DNA of 64,000 bases from Geosiphon pyriformis uo1 (Eukaryota; Fungi; Glomeromycota), in the NCBI GenBank assembly GCA_016748015.1, contig JAAOMT010000602.1:1129696-1193695 (forward strand). Direction: 5' to 3'. Shown here in pieces: positions 1 to 11,470 of this stretch (position 1 is its first letter; every line of letters begins with the position of its first letter). The notes under the pieces are model-generated. The model was not told the origin of the DNA, searched no databases, and saw nothing but the letters and a program-made list of their open reading frames with translations. A program made the position numbers and the translations under genes.

Positions 1-735
1 TGCTGTGAAAGTCAACTCTTCTACAGAAATCTTGTCTGTAGGCTACCCTAATGATTGTAATAAGAAAATAAAAGAAAAATAAAAGAAATGTAAAAGAAAT
101 AGAATTCTGTCAAGGGAAACGTTTTCTATCCAGGCCTGGAGTCACTAACAGTTTTACTGAAATTGGTAGCTAATCAATTTCGAAATGTTAGTTGGGTTTT
201 GGGGATTTTCCAAGTACAATAATTAAAGAATTTGGTTTTTCGAATTATTTAATATTTATTTCTTTTTGTGTATAGAAACGGTTTTAAAAGATAAATCTAA
301 AGTAAGATACATTTTCCAGAAGAGAAAAGCTCTTCTTTTATACAACTTGTTATAGTACTAGTCTATGAACTTGCACTTTTTCTCTTTGCTCAAATTTCAG
401 CGAACTAAAGATACATTTTGATGAATTACAAGTTATTTCACTGAACTATTGATTAATTTGGGTGAACTATTCATAATTTCGGCGAATTTCTGTAAATTTC
501 GGCGAATTTCTTATAAATTTCGGCGAATTTTTGAATGTTACAAAGTTCAGGGTATTGTGTAATTTGATCATTCTACTTTCTGTTATACTAATTAGATTAT
601 TTTAATTGAATCGTGATATGTGATAATTGATTAAATAATAAATGATAATTTGAAATGATATTAATATACTAATGAATTATAGGAATTATAAGGGTAATTT
701 CATGCTAATTAATAGCTAAAATTCTACTGGTAACA
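1..735 (-). repeat. 3' LTR of family A element (partial)
   Basis: Matches 8931..9644 and ends CTGGTAACA next to the PPT. Confidence 0.93.
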
Positions 736-1423
736 TAATCTCCTCCTCAAGACTGAGCTCCGTCAAAGTCCAAGCACTATCTGTAATATTGAGATAGTAA
801 TCTAAAATAATTGAAGTTATCTGGTCTGAAAATTGTTGAAATTTCAGTTCTGTGAGTTTGCTAATGTATTGGACTTTCATTGGTTGCAGTATTGGATTTT
901 GTAGAATATTTTCACAAGTATTAAACAAGTCATAGAGTCTAAGAGCTGCTCTAAGTTTGTAGCGAATGTTTGTTGGTCCAGCTGTTGTTTTGAATTCATT
1001 GTGGATTTGTTTTTGTATAACTTCAGGAGTGAGATTTGTTGCTTCAAGTTCCAGTTTTCGTTCATAAAGTGTTTTTCCAATTTGAAAGTATTTATAGATA
1101 GAAATGTGTTCATTGTTCTGTTCATTAAGAAGTAGTAGAAGTTTTTGTTGCATTGTAGCATTTGGTGGAATGTCAATAAGGGCAATTAAAAAATTTTCTT
1201 CTAGTGCCTGCTTCAAAAGTCTTGGTAATCTATTCTCAGAGTGACTTCTTGTTTTTCTTCTATAGGGGTGATAGTTCTGTAAATGATTTGCTATTGGGGC
1301 TGTGGTTTCTTTCTGAATGTAATTAATTTGACTTCCATTAATCGTTATAGATAAGTCAGGGAGTGTTTTCAAGGCTAACATTAATTTTTGGGATATTTGT
1401 TGAATATTTTGGGGAATAATCAT
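716..1423 (-). CDS. Extra ORF downstream of pol in the family A element (235 aa, unknown function)
   Basis: Intact ATG-started ORF co-oriented with pol. It reads through the PPT and stops ~20 nt inside the 3' LTR. Confidence 0.65.
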   Translation of the reverse strand: MIIPQNIQQISQKLMLALKTLPDLSITINGSQINYIQKETTAPIANHLQNYHPYRRKTRSHSENRLPRLLKQALEENFLIALIDIPPNATMQQKLLLLLNEQNNEHISIYKYFQIGKTLYERKLELEATNLTPEVIQKQIHNEFKTTAGPTNIRYKLRAALRLYDLFNTCENILQNPILQPMKVQYISKLTELKFQQFSDQITSIILDYYLNITDSAWTLTELSLEEEIMLPVEF

Positions 1424-1599
1424 GATAAAATTGACTAATTATGAAAAGAGAGAATAAAGAAAATTATTTTTGGATATGGGGTTTTTATTTGTTTTTGGGT
1501 TTGGGTGTTTTGTAATTATTTACTATTTTTGTCTTTGTGTTTTTATTAGAAAATTATTGTAAAATTTAAGTGTTCAAGTTTGGTTGTTGTTCTATTATA

Positions 1600-4444
1600 A
1601 TTATTGGTTCTAAATTTTGGGGAATATCTTCAGGATTAATTAAAGGGGAATGTATACCAATTTGTGGAATTAATGGTTCAGGATTGTTTCTGGAATGATA
1701 GTGTTTCAATCTGTCTCCATGTGCAACTTTTGCTAATATTTTGTTATCAAGTCTTAACTTATATGATCCATTATCTAGAATTTCGTGAATATAAAATAGT
1801 CCATCCTATTTGTTTTCAAATTTCCCACTCCATTGTTTTTCAGCCTTAGTTCTATGTAAGAGAACTTTATTTCCAACTTTAAATTTGTTGGTAATAGGTA
1901 GTAATTTGTTGTCATGTCTTTTTTTTTGTTGAGCTTGAAAATGTTCAATATGAGTTGCTGCTATTCTTTTTTTTCCTTCCAGTGTACTAAGAAGAGTGTA
2001 AGCTCTTTTTTGGAGTGTCTCTTGAAAGTTTTCTTCATTGATTGGTTGCACTGGATATGTTTCTACTGTAAAATTAATTGGTAATATTGCTGTTCTTCCA
2101 TAAGTAAGATCAAATGGTGTGTGTTTCATAGTATCTTGTTTTAGTGTTCTGTATGCTAGTAACACTGATGGAATAAAGATATCTTATTTCTGCTCAAAGT
2201 CTGTTGGGACTTTGGCTAAAGATTCACATAATGTTCTGTTGAAACATTCTACAAATCCATTTGTTTGAGAGTGATAAGGTGATGATAAAGGTCTTTTGAC
2301 ATTGAACTATTCACAAATTTCTTGTATTAAGTTGTTTACAAAATGTGTTCCTTGATCAGATAAGAGTTCAATTGGGCATCCATGTCTACAAATAATGTCT
2401 TCATAGATAAAATTTACTACTGATTTTGCATCTGCTCTTTGGATGGCTTTAGCTTCAGGCCATTTGATAAGATAATCCACTGCAACTGCAATATAACAAT
2501 TTTCTTGGGTTGTGATAGGTAATGGTCTGACTAAATCAATTCCAACTCTGTCAAAAGGTTGTCCAACTTTGATTGGATTTAAAGATTCTGTAGGGCGAGT
2601 TCCTCCTCTTTTTTGATAATTATCACAAAATTTTACATATTGTCGAATGTCTTTTTGCATGTGAGACCAAAAATAATGTTCAAGGGTTCTTTGAATTGTT
2701 TCCTCTTTTCCCAAGTGTGCTGAAGACGGATCTGTGTGCATGTTATATAAAATTGTTTTTTTTTATTCTCTTGTACTAATTTGAATGGCTGGTTTGGTTT
2801 TCTGTAATTTTTATAATAGATTTTGTTTTGGTGTATGAAATATTGTTTTGATTGGTGTTGTAAGTGGTGTTTTTTACTTGGAGACCAGTTTTCTGGCATG
2901 GTAAGAGTCTCCAAATAATTTTTAAGATTGCTGTAGTTTCTGGGATCCATTCTTGTTTGGTTATTTTGTTGATAAGTTGGTAAGTTGTGGTGGAATTGTT
3001 GTTGGTATTAATCTTGTCTCATTCTTAAGAGACTATCAATATTGGTATGTAGTTTTCCTGATTTGTGGTGTACAATATATCTGTAGTCTGCTAGGAAGTC
3101 ATTCCATCAAAACTGTTTGGCACTTTGTTCAGTTTTCTTTTTATTGAGCCATTTAAGGCCAATGTTGTCCATTATTATGTCAAATTCTTTTCCATTCTTC
3201 AGATATTGTTGAAAATGTTTAAGAGCCCAAATAACTGCAGCAGCTTCTAATTCAGTTGAGCCATATTTGAGTTCTGTTGGCTTGAGTGTTCTGCTGGCAT
3301 AGGCAATAACTTGTTCTTGGCCATTTTCATCCAATTGTGATAAGATGGCACCAAATGCTAAGTGTGAGGCATCAGTGGCTAATTGGAATCGTTTGTTGAA
3401 GTCTGGGTAAGCAAGAACTGGGGCTGTTGTTAATTTTGTTTTGAGAATTTCAAAAGCTTTTTGTTGTTCTTCAGTCTATTTGTATGGTACGTTTTTGTTG
3501 GTAAGATAATTGAGTGGTTTGGCAATTTCTGAGAATTCTTTTATGAATTTTTGATAGTAAGAGGCTAATCCCACAAATCCTCTTAGTTCTGTAGTATTTC
3601 TGGGGATTTGAAAGTTTTTGACAGCACTGATTGTTCCTGGATTTGGTTTTATTCCATCTTTACTAACTATGTGTCCAAGAAAGATTAAGCTTGTTTTTCC
3701 AAAGTAACATTTCTCAATATTTAACTTTAATCCTACTTTCTGTAATCATTGAAAAACTTCTCGCAGGTAAATAAGATGGGCTTCAAAGCTTGGTGAGTAT
3801 ACATCAGTATTATCAAGATAAACAACTACTGATTGCCACAAGAGCCCTTCATAGACAACATTCATGAGTTGCTGAAATGTTGCTGGTGTATTGCAGAGTC
3901 CAAAAGGCATAACATTAAACTCATAATTTCCTTCTTAAGTGGTGAATGCTGTTTTGGGTCTATCTTTTGGGTCCATTTCGACTCGTCAGTATCCACTTTC
4001 CAGGTCTAAAGTTGAAAAGAACTTGGCTTTTCCTAGAGCATCTAGCATGTCATCAATTCTTGAAAGAGAGTAGGCATTTCCAATTGTAATACTATTCAGT
4101 TGTCTATAATCAACACAGAATCTGATTTTTCCGTTTTTCTTTTTAACTAAAACTACTGGTGAGGCCCAAGGACTTCTTGATGGTTAAATCAATCCGTTAT
4201 TGAGCATTCTTTGGACCTCTTTTCTAATGAATTGGTGGTTGGCAGGTGGCATTCGATAAGCTTGTTGACGTTTTGGTAAAGCATTTCTTGTATGGATCTG
4301 ATGTTGAACAATGTCTGTTTTTCCCAAGTCATTGTTGTCTTTTGCAAATATATCTGCAAATTCAGCTATCAATTGTTTCAATTGTCTTTGTTGTTGAGGT
4401 TCTAAGAGACCCATATTGATTTGAGAGAGTTTTTCTTCCAACAA
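1600..4444 (-). pseudogene. pol remnant: reverse transcriptase, RNase H, integrase
   Basis: RT motifs SPVVLVKKK/IRFCVDYRQLN/MPFGL; RNase H VIAYASRTL..YGSTELE; integrase GQPFDRVGIDLV, VDYLIKWPEAKAI, LLSDQGTHF, TPFDLTYGR. Many stops. Confidence 0.93.
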
Positions 4445-4852
4445 GTGGTAGTTTTCAGTAGTGGGAATGATATTTGGATTTGGGAGTAGAGTGTGCTTTA
4501 CAATTTCGATGAAATTAGAGACAATTTGAGGGTTTTCATCTTGAAAGATATTGCTGTGTATGATTCCAATTTTTAATTTGTTTAATAAAACAATAGAGTA
4601 ATTATTGGGGTTGTAGAATGTAACTCAAAATTTTTTCATTCCTTTGGGAATATAAACATTTGGAATTGATATTTCATGCTTCAAACAAATTTGTTCATTG
4701 GATTCAAAGATTTGTTGTGTAGTGGTGGGTTTTGAGCAAGTGTAAATTTCGTGATGTTCTTCAAAAGGTGAAATGGTAATTGGCTGAAGAAGTTAAAGAA
4801 TCTGGTGAGATTCATTTTGTGTATTAAAAACTATGTTTACTGGGACTGTAAA

Positions 4853-5290
4853 TCATCCAGTTGAACCAAAACCTTGAGTTCCTCTTTCACTTTTTCCCAA
4901 TTGTTCTCTGTTGTTTACTAATTGTAAACCCGAAATGTTGATTAAGGGTAAGTAAATTGCTTGAGCAATTTTTTCAGCATGTTCAATTTTGAATGGTTTG
5001 TCTGTCTCATTCTGTAACATAATGGTAATGTCTTCAGTATATCCTGTATCTATAACTCCTCCTCTAATATTGATTCCTTTGCTTGCCAATAATGATCTGG
5101 AGGCAATTTGAATTATTGCTCCTGGTGGAATTTCAAGAGCAATTTTGAGATTGATTTTTGTCAAAGACTTTGGTTGAAGAATCAAAGTATCTTTTCCTGG
5201 GTATCTTAGGTCATATCCAGCATCAATTTCGTGTGCTTTTTCTGGTCTGATTCCTTGGCAATGGTTGTCAAAATATTTAAATTGTAGAGG
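4853..5290 (-). CDS. dUTPase domain within retrotransposon pol
   Basis: Trimeric dUTPase motifs AGYDL, ASRS, GGVIDTGY, KIAQ and RGTQGFGSTG in ORF 4853..5458. Confidence 0.92.
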   Translation of the reverse strand, partial: PLQFKYFDNHCQGIRPEKAHEIDAGYDLRYPGKDTLILQPKSLTKINLKIALEIPPGAIIQIASRSLLASKGINIRGGVIDTGYTEDITIMLQNETDKPFKIEHAEKIAQAIYLPLINISGLQLVNNREQLGKSERGTQGFGSTG

Positions 5291-6199
5291 TGGTTGCTTT
5301 TCAAGAAGATAGATGGAAGTGGTTGGTAGTTCTTTTACTAGTTCAGATATTCCAAATTCGATTTCATTTTCATTATTTTCATTTGGCAGAGGAATGCTAA
5401 GAGCATAACATTCTAAACACCATTGGTCATTACAAGGCATAACACATTCTTCGCACAATTGAATGTTTATTTGCTCTAATCGTTAAATTTGAGCTTCTTT
5501 GGTCAGATATGTGTGGCTTGCAATTTGGTGGTAGGTTTCTACTTCATCTTTATAATCGAATCCAGCTAATTCCATGGTATACTCAATATATTCAGCTTCT
5601 CTCATTTGGCAGACATCTTCTTGGGTGGCTCCATTGATCAATGCCATTGCTAGGTCAAAAATCATTTCAGCATCATGAGGGTAGTGGTAAAGTTTATTGA
5701 GAGCACTGTTGTATGCTGCATCAAATGGTGTTCCTCTTCTGACTTTTTCCGAAATTGATAGAGCATATTGACAGATTTGATCATATACTCCTTCTCTCAT
5801 TGCTACATTAATCCAATTGCATTCTTCTGGTAGCATTTCTCCACATGTAAGGCAAGGTGTATTGTCCCATTTTCCACTTTTTTTTGGAGATCCAAATCGT
5901 TCTCTATGGCATGCTTTGCAAAAGTAACAGGTACAAGTTTCATATTCCTCTTCTGGAGAAATACATGCTCCCATTAATGAAAGTTTTTTGTTGCAATCTT
6001 TGTATTTAAGTGGAATATAAAGTGGTTGTTTCCATGGTTTTGGTGTAGAATATCTAACTTTCTTTCATCTCCTTGATTCTTCAAAAATCTCTTGTTCAGT
6101 TTTTTCAGCCCAATTGAATGTTGATTTAAGAGCCATGTAGGTTTCAGTAAGTGGCATTTCTTTCTCCTCTTCAAATTCAAATACTGGAGCTTTTTCTGA

Positions 6200-8540
6200 T
6201 TGTTTGTTAAAGATACTACAGGTTGTAGGTACTATGGTATATTGTTCTTGGTATGAGATTTTAAGTTCTTAAGTTTCCCAGTTCAGGTTTGCATTGGTCT
6301 TGAGAAGCCAATCATTTTCGACTAGAGCTTGGTATTGGGGTGTATCCATAACAAGAACTTTAACTGGAATAGTGATTCCATCAATTGAAAAAGGGAAATC
6401 ATCAATTTCTTCTACTGGAGTCTTCTTCATACCATCAGCTGTGACAATAACTGTTTGAGCTGGTCTGTTTACATTTCATTTGAGTTGTTGTATCAGCTGG
6501 TAAGTGATGATACTTCCAGCTGATCCACTATCTAAGATTAAGCGAATGGGTTTTCCTTCCACTGTAGCTTCTGTGTACATGGTAGTAATTGCTTTCTGTT
6601 CATTAACTGCTGCATTACTAAGCAGAAATGGTGATTCATTTGCTTCAAATTCAAATGGAAATATATCTAACAAATTAGCATTTTGGGCAATTTGAGCTGG
6701 TGGGATAGTGTGGTTGAAAGGGTTTGATCTTAGTGCTGCAACTTCATCTTCAAAAAGTGCAATTTGTTGAAAATCCGATTCCTCTGGTATTGTAAAATAA
6801 CTGGGTTGAGTGTGATAGTGATTGGGTTTTTGCTGACCCGAATTTCGGGGAACCAACTGGTTATTTGAATTGATTCTGTTGTGATTATTCTGCAATTGAT
6901 TTTGGAGTGTGAATTGGTTATGTTGAACCAATCTTCTTGCTGGTACTTGATATTGTTGAGTGGGTGGTGTCTGATATGGCTGAATTGGTAAAGGTTGCTG
7001 ATATTGTTGCTGCATTGATTGTGGAGCTGGTGGATAGTAGTTTTGATTTTGTGGTCTTGGTGAATAATAGGTTGGTGGTGGAGATTGATAATAGGATTAT
7101 TGTGGTGAAAAATAATGTTGATTACTCCTGTTTTGTTGGTCTCTTTGTAATTTCCTACAATCTCGTTTTCAGTGTCCTGGAATTTCACAATAATGACAAT
7201 TTTTAGATTGGTTGTTGAATGGTAATCCAAAATTGGTTTGGTTGCATTATTGTGGTGGTTGATATCTTTGTGTTTGTTGCTACTGTTGTTGTTGGTTTGT
7301 AAAATAGCTTTCAACTTTCTTTGTGAGTTGGTCTATTTTTTCTTCAGCTGCTGAGCTGGTTTCTCCAATTGCAAGGTTTACAAGTTTGGTGTAATTTGCT
7401 TCTTCCATTGCCATTTCATAGCTCTTTGCATGTTTAATAGCAGTTGCTAAGTTTGCTGGAGCATGTGGATGGACTTTCTTAATCAGTTTGTCTTTTAACC
7501 CTGCTATAAACTGATCCAGAATTTGAGCATCAGAATAGTAGTCATTGGTTTCTAATTGTCAGATTTGTCTGAGAAGTTTGTTAAATCTTCCAAGATAGGT
7601 CATAACAGATTTAGATGTTTCTTGTTTGATATTGTGAAAGCGGTTTCTGAAAGTGATAGAGGTATTGTTGTCAGTGAATTGTTGTAGAAAAACATCTTTG
7701 AATGCTTGCCAGTTTTTAAATGATTCTTCTAAATTTTCAAACCATTCTTCTGCTGTTTCTTGGAGAAAATAGGGAATTGCTTTGAGCATTCTCGCTGCAA
7801 TCCAACCATTTGTGTCTTTTGCTTTTTGAACCTTGTCAAGCCATTCTTGAGGACTGGTATTATTGTCTTCACCAGTGAATTTTAGAATTTTTGCAATGTA
7901 AGCAGTTGCTATTTCTTCTTTGTTTTCTGTAATTTCTTCTGATTCCGATTCAGTTTCTTTACTTTCCAAGCTTTCTGAGTGATTACTTTCGTTTTCTTGT
8001 AAGTAATCAATGATATTGGCACTTGTTGATATTGGTTCCTGCTGTTAAGTAGGATTTCTAGGTGACTGAAAATCTTCTGGTCTGGAGAAACGGCTAAGTA
8101 GTGAACTTGGTATTTGTGGTTAAACAAGTAAAATTGGAAATGGTGTAATAGAAAGTGGTAATTTGACACTGGTTCCTTGTTCAGGTATTTGCAAGTGTTT
8201 GGCAGTTGTCTTTTGTAGTGTTGGAGTGTTTGGAGTGGTTCTTGAATATTGCTTTAATCTTTGTTTGCCTTTGTTGCTTGTTTCTGTCTCTGATTCAAAG
8301 TCAAAAGAGTATTTAGACTGTACTGGGTATTTTTCTTCACAATACTCAATAATGTTAAAATTAAGTTCTTGGAAGTAGGTAGCAAGTGTTTCACTGTTCA
8401 GGTCTTCTGTTCCTAATTGTGAATAGTGCACTAAATTATTGTAGAAGTTGCTTCTAACTTCTGAAATGTTGTAATTTCCAAAAAGATAATTGTTAATGCA
8501 ATTTTCAATTTATTGGTATACTGATTTCTTTACAACTTCA
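6200..8540 (-). pseudogene. gag and aspartic protease remnant (family A)
   Basis: Retrotransposon gag (KFTGEDNNTSPQEWL...KQETSKSVMTYLGRF), Q/N-rich linker, protease LILDSGSAGSII; frameshifted. Confidence 0.88.
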
Positions 8541-8674
8541 ATTCCGTCTGGAATGTTGAATCTTTGCTTGCAGTGGGTGTAAATTGACTGGTAATACTCT
8601 AGAGTTGCTGTGTCTGGTATGGTTGCCACTTTGAATTTGTTGTTGCTGTGTTATTTTCGTGGAAAAGCACCAAA

Positions 8675-9644
8675 TGTTACCAAAGGTTTTTGGTCTCTTT
8701 TTTTGAATGTTGTAACTGTCTATTGGTTGCAAATTCACGTTTTCTAGAAGTAGTTGAACCTCCAATAACTGAATTTATCTTCAAATTATCTCTTATAATT
8801 TGAACTGCTGGGCTTATAAGTAGAATGGCCAATTTCTTGCCAGTTACTTTATGTAGTTACGTTGTAGTAAATGTCAACTCTTTCCCAGAAATTGCTCGTC
8901 TGGAAGCTCACTAAAAATGTGTAGTTACTTTGCTGTGAAAGTCAACTCTTCTACAAGAATTTCGTCTGTAGGCTACCCTAATGATTGTAATAAGAAAATA
9001 AAAGAAAAATAAAAGAAATGTAAAAGAAATAGAATTCTGTCAAGGGAAACGTTTTCTATCCAGGCCTGGAGTCACTAACAGTTTTACTGAAATTGGTAGC
9101 TAATCAATTTTGAAATGTTAGTTGGGTTTTGGGGATTTTCTAAGTACAATAATTAAAGAATTTGGTTTTTCAAATTATTTGATATTTATTTCTTTTTGTG
9201 TATAGGAATGGTTTTAAAAGATAAATCTAAAGTAAGATACATTTTTCAAAAAAGAAAAGCTCTTCTTTTATACAACTTGTTGTAGTACTAGTCTATAAAC
9301 TTGCACTTTTTCTCTTTGCTCAAATTTTGGTGAACTAAAGATACATTTTGATGAACTACAAGTTATTTCGCTGAACTATTGATTAATTTGGGTGAACTAT
9401 TCATAATTTCGGCGAATTTCTGTAAATTTCGGCGAATTTTTGAATGTTACAAAGTTCAGGGTATTGTGTAATTTGATCATCCTACTTTCTGTTATACTAA
9501 TTAGATTATTTTAATTGAATCGTGATATGTAATAATTGATTAAATAATAAATGATAATTTGAAATGATATTAATATACTAATGAATTATAGGAATTATAA
9601 GGGTAATTTCATGCTAATTAATAGCTAAAATTCTACTGGTAACA
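8675..9644 (-). repeat. 5' LTR of family A element (970 bp)
   Basis: TGTTA...TAACA termini; homologous to 1..735 and, inverted, to 42600..43582. Confidence 0.92.
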
Positions 9645-10061
9645 ATGGCTATTAACAGAATATTAATTCTTTTTTTTTTTTTTCTTTTTTTTAATTTCAT
9701 TTATTTTTTTTATTTCTTTGTTGTTTGTTAATTTACTAACTGATTAAAAAGATTAAGCATTGAGTAATTAATATTAAAAATAGTCTAATAAAAGACTCCA
9801 AAAGAAGAATATAGAGTTTAAAAAATTTTCAGATAAGCTTACCAGAAGAGCATAACTGCCAGAATAAACCAGCCACTATGCTAAAGAAAGAAATTTGATG
9901 GAATTATAATTCCAGAAGACTACTAATACAACCAGTAAATCTCTGTTCATTATACAAAAAACTCTGTCAAAACCTTCAGATTTATTACTATCATTTAACT
10001 ATTAACTACTAAGTTATGGGTTTGTTATTTGTATTAACATCCCAATACTACACTTGTAATA
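9645..10061 (+). repeat. Partial LTR (family D-like) interrupted by the family A insertion
   Basis: Aligns with ~25430..25869 (GATTAAGCATTGAGTA, AGCTTACCAGAA, GACTACTAATACAACC) and ends TTGTAATA, a decayed TAACA. Confidence 0.65.
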
Positions 10062-11470
10062 GTGTGAAATTAGTATTAAAAGACAATGTAAAGTTCTTCT
10101 GTATGGAGTTTGCTTTTCAAGTGTCTTTGGAAGCTGTATTTTTGGTTAAGCTTACAAGTTCTGTTTACTTGGCCACCTTTAAAATTGCCAAGTCTTTGGT
10201 GGTTTCTAAGTTTGATTCCTTTTCTGCTACTGTTGTACTGTATAATGTGCCTTTGAATATGTTTGCTATTGACATTAAAATAGCTTTTGGTGTGTTTGGT
10301 AGTATTGTTTATATTGTGTTGAAACTTGCTAGTGTTTAGTAATATGTAGTTGTTTATTTTAAAAAGTTGGATTTTGTTGTATCTGTTTTGTATTATTGAT
10401 CAGTTTTGGTAAGCAAAAATAGTGTTAGAATTTTTTTCTTGATGAATCAAAATAAGACTATTTTGTTTTATAATAAGTTTAAAGCCAAGCTGATTAATCT
10501 TCTTTCTAACTGTACTGCTTTTGAAATCAGTGATATGGTTTTTTAGATTGGTGGTTAAACATGTTTCATTCCTTATTTTCCTAATTCTGATTATTGTTTT
10601 CAGTTTGCTCTGGTTACATTTGGATCTTAGGTTAATCTGGATGCTGCTATTATTAAAACTAATACACTAAAAAAGTGTCATATTTGATGGGAAACATCTG
10701 GCTATTGGCACTGTTTTAAGTTTCAAAAAATAAACTATTTGGTTGTAGATTGTAAAATGTCTCTGTTTCTTTCTCCTAAGGCTTCTAAAATATTTGTTCC
10801 ATACTTTATAAGCACAAAGTCTTATGTTAAGATGTCTGCTCTTCTGGGCTCTTTTGAATTCTCTTTTTTAGTGACTTTTACTTTTCTTTTTGAAGTTGAA
10901 AATGATTTTTTGATTTTGTTTCAACTTGTGTCTTTGAAATCTGATTTGGCCAAATTGTCAATGTTAGTTGAATCTATTGTTAAGCCTGTTAGTAGATTGG
11001 TAACTGCTTTTAAACAATTTATTAAGAGTGATTTTATGTTTAGTAGCAAACTTAGAAACAAGATTAATGAATTTATGGTGCATTTGGGTGCTTTCAACAA
11101 ATCTGTTAGTAAGTTGAAAAAAAAAGTAGTAGTATTAAAAACTGAATATAGCATGAAAAATGTTGATTTGTCTGGTGATTCTGGTGTTCTAGTTAGAGTA
11201 AGTAATAAGATATTTGGTAAATTAATGACACTTTGAGAATTTGAATCTCTTAAAGTTAGGTTCAGTCTCATGAAAACAGCCAAGTGGCTTGTTAGATTGG
11301 TTTTTAGTAGTCTTACTTTGTTTAATATAATTCAGAAGATATCTATCTTAGACAAGTTTTTTTGTAAGTTATTAGTATAATATAGTCTAAACTGGTTCAA
11401 GTAACTGGTTATATATAGAAAGTATATGAACTTCACTTAGTTTAGAATACTTAGTTTATTTTAAAATATT
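10062..11470 (+). mobile_element. Degenerate ORF1-only non-LTR element (gag-like ORF followed directly by LINE-type 3' tail)
   Basis: Broken ORF with RRM-like segment (VVLYNVPL..DIKIAFGVFGSI), decayed zinc knuckle near 10700-10755 and coiled coil. The tail GTAACTGGTTATATATAGAAAGTATATGA matches the 3' end of the LINE at ~28850-28910. Confidence 0.6.

Larger units (their letters stand above)
1..9644 (-). mobile_element. Ty3/Gypsy LTR retrotransposon, family A (degenerate; 3' LTR truncated by window edge)
   Basis: Near-identical LTRs at <1..735 and 8675..9644 with TGTTACC...GGTAACA termini. PBS-like TGGTGCTTTTCC follows the 5' LTR and PPT GAGGAGGAGA precedes the 3' LTR (minus strand). Internal order is gag-protease (LILDSGS)-dUTPase-RT-RNase H-integrase, broken by stops and frameshifts. 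Confidence 0.95.

Noticed and set aside
716-1423. env gene
   Set aside because: No evident signal peptide, fusion peptide or transmembrane anchor.
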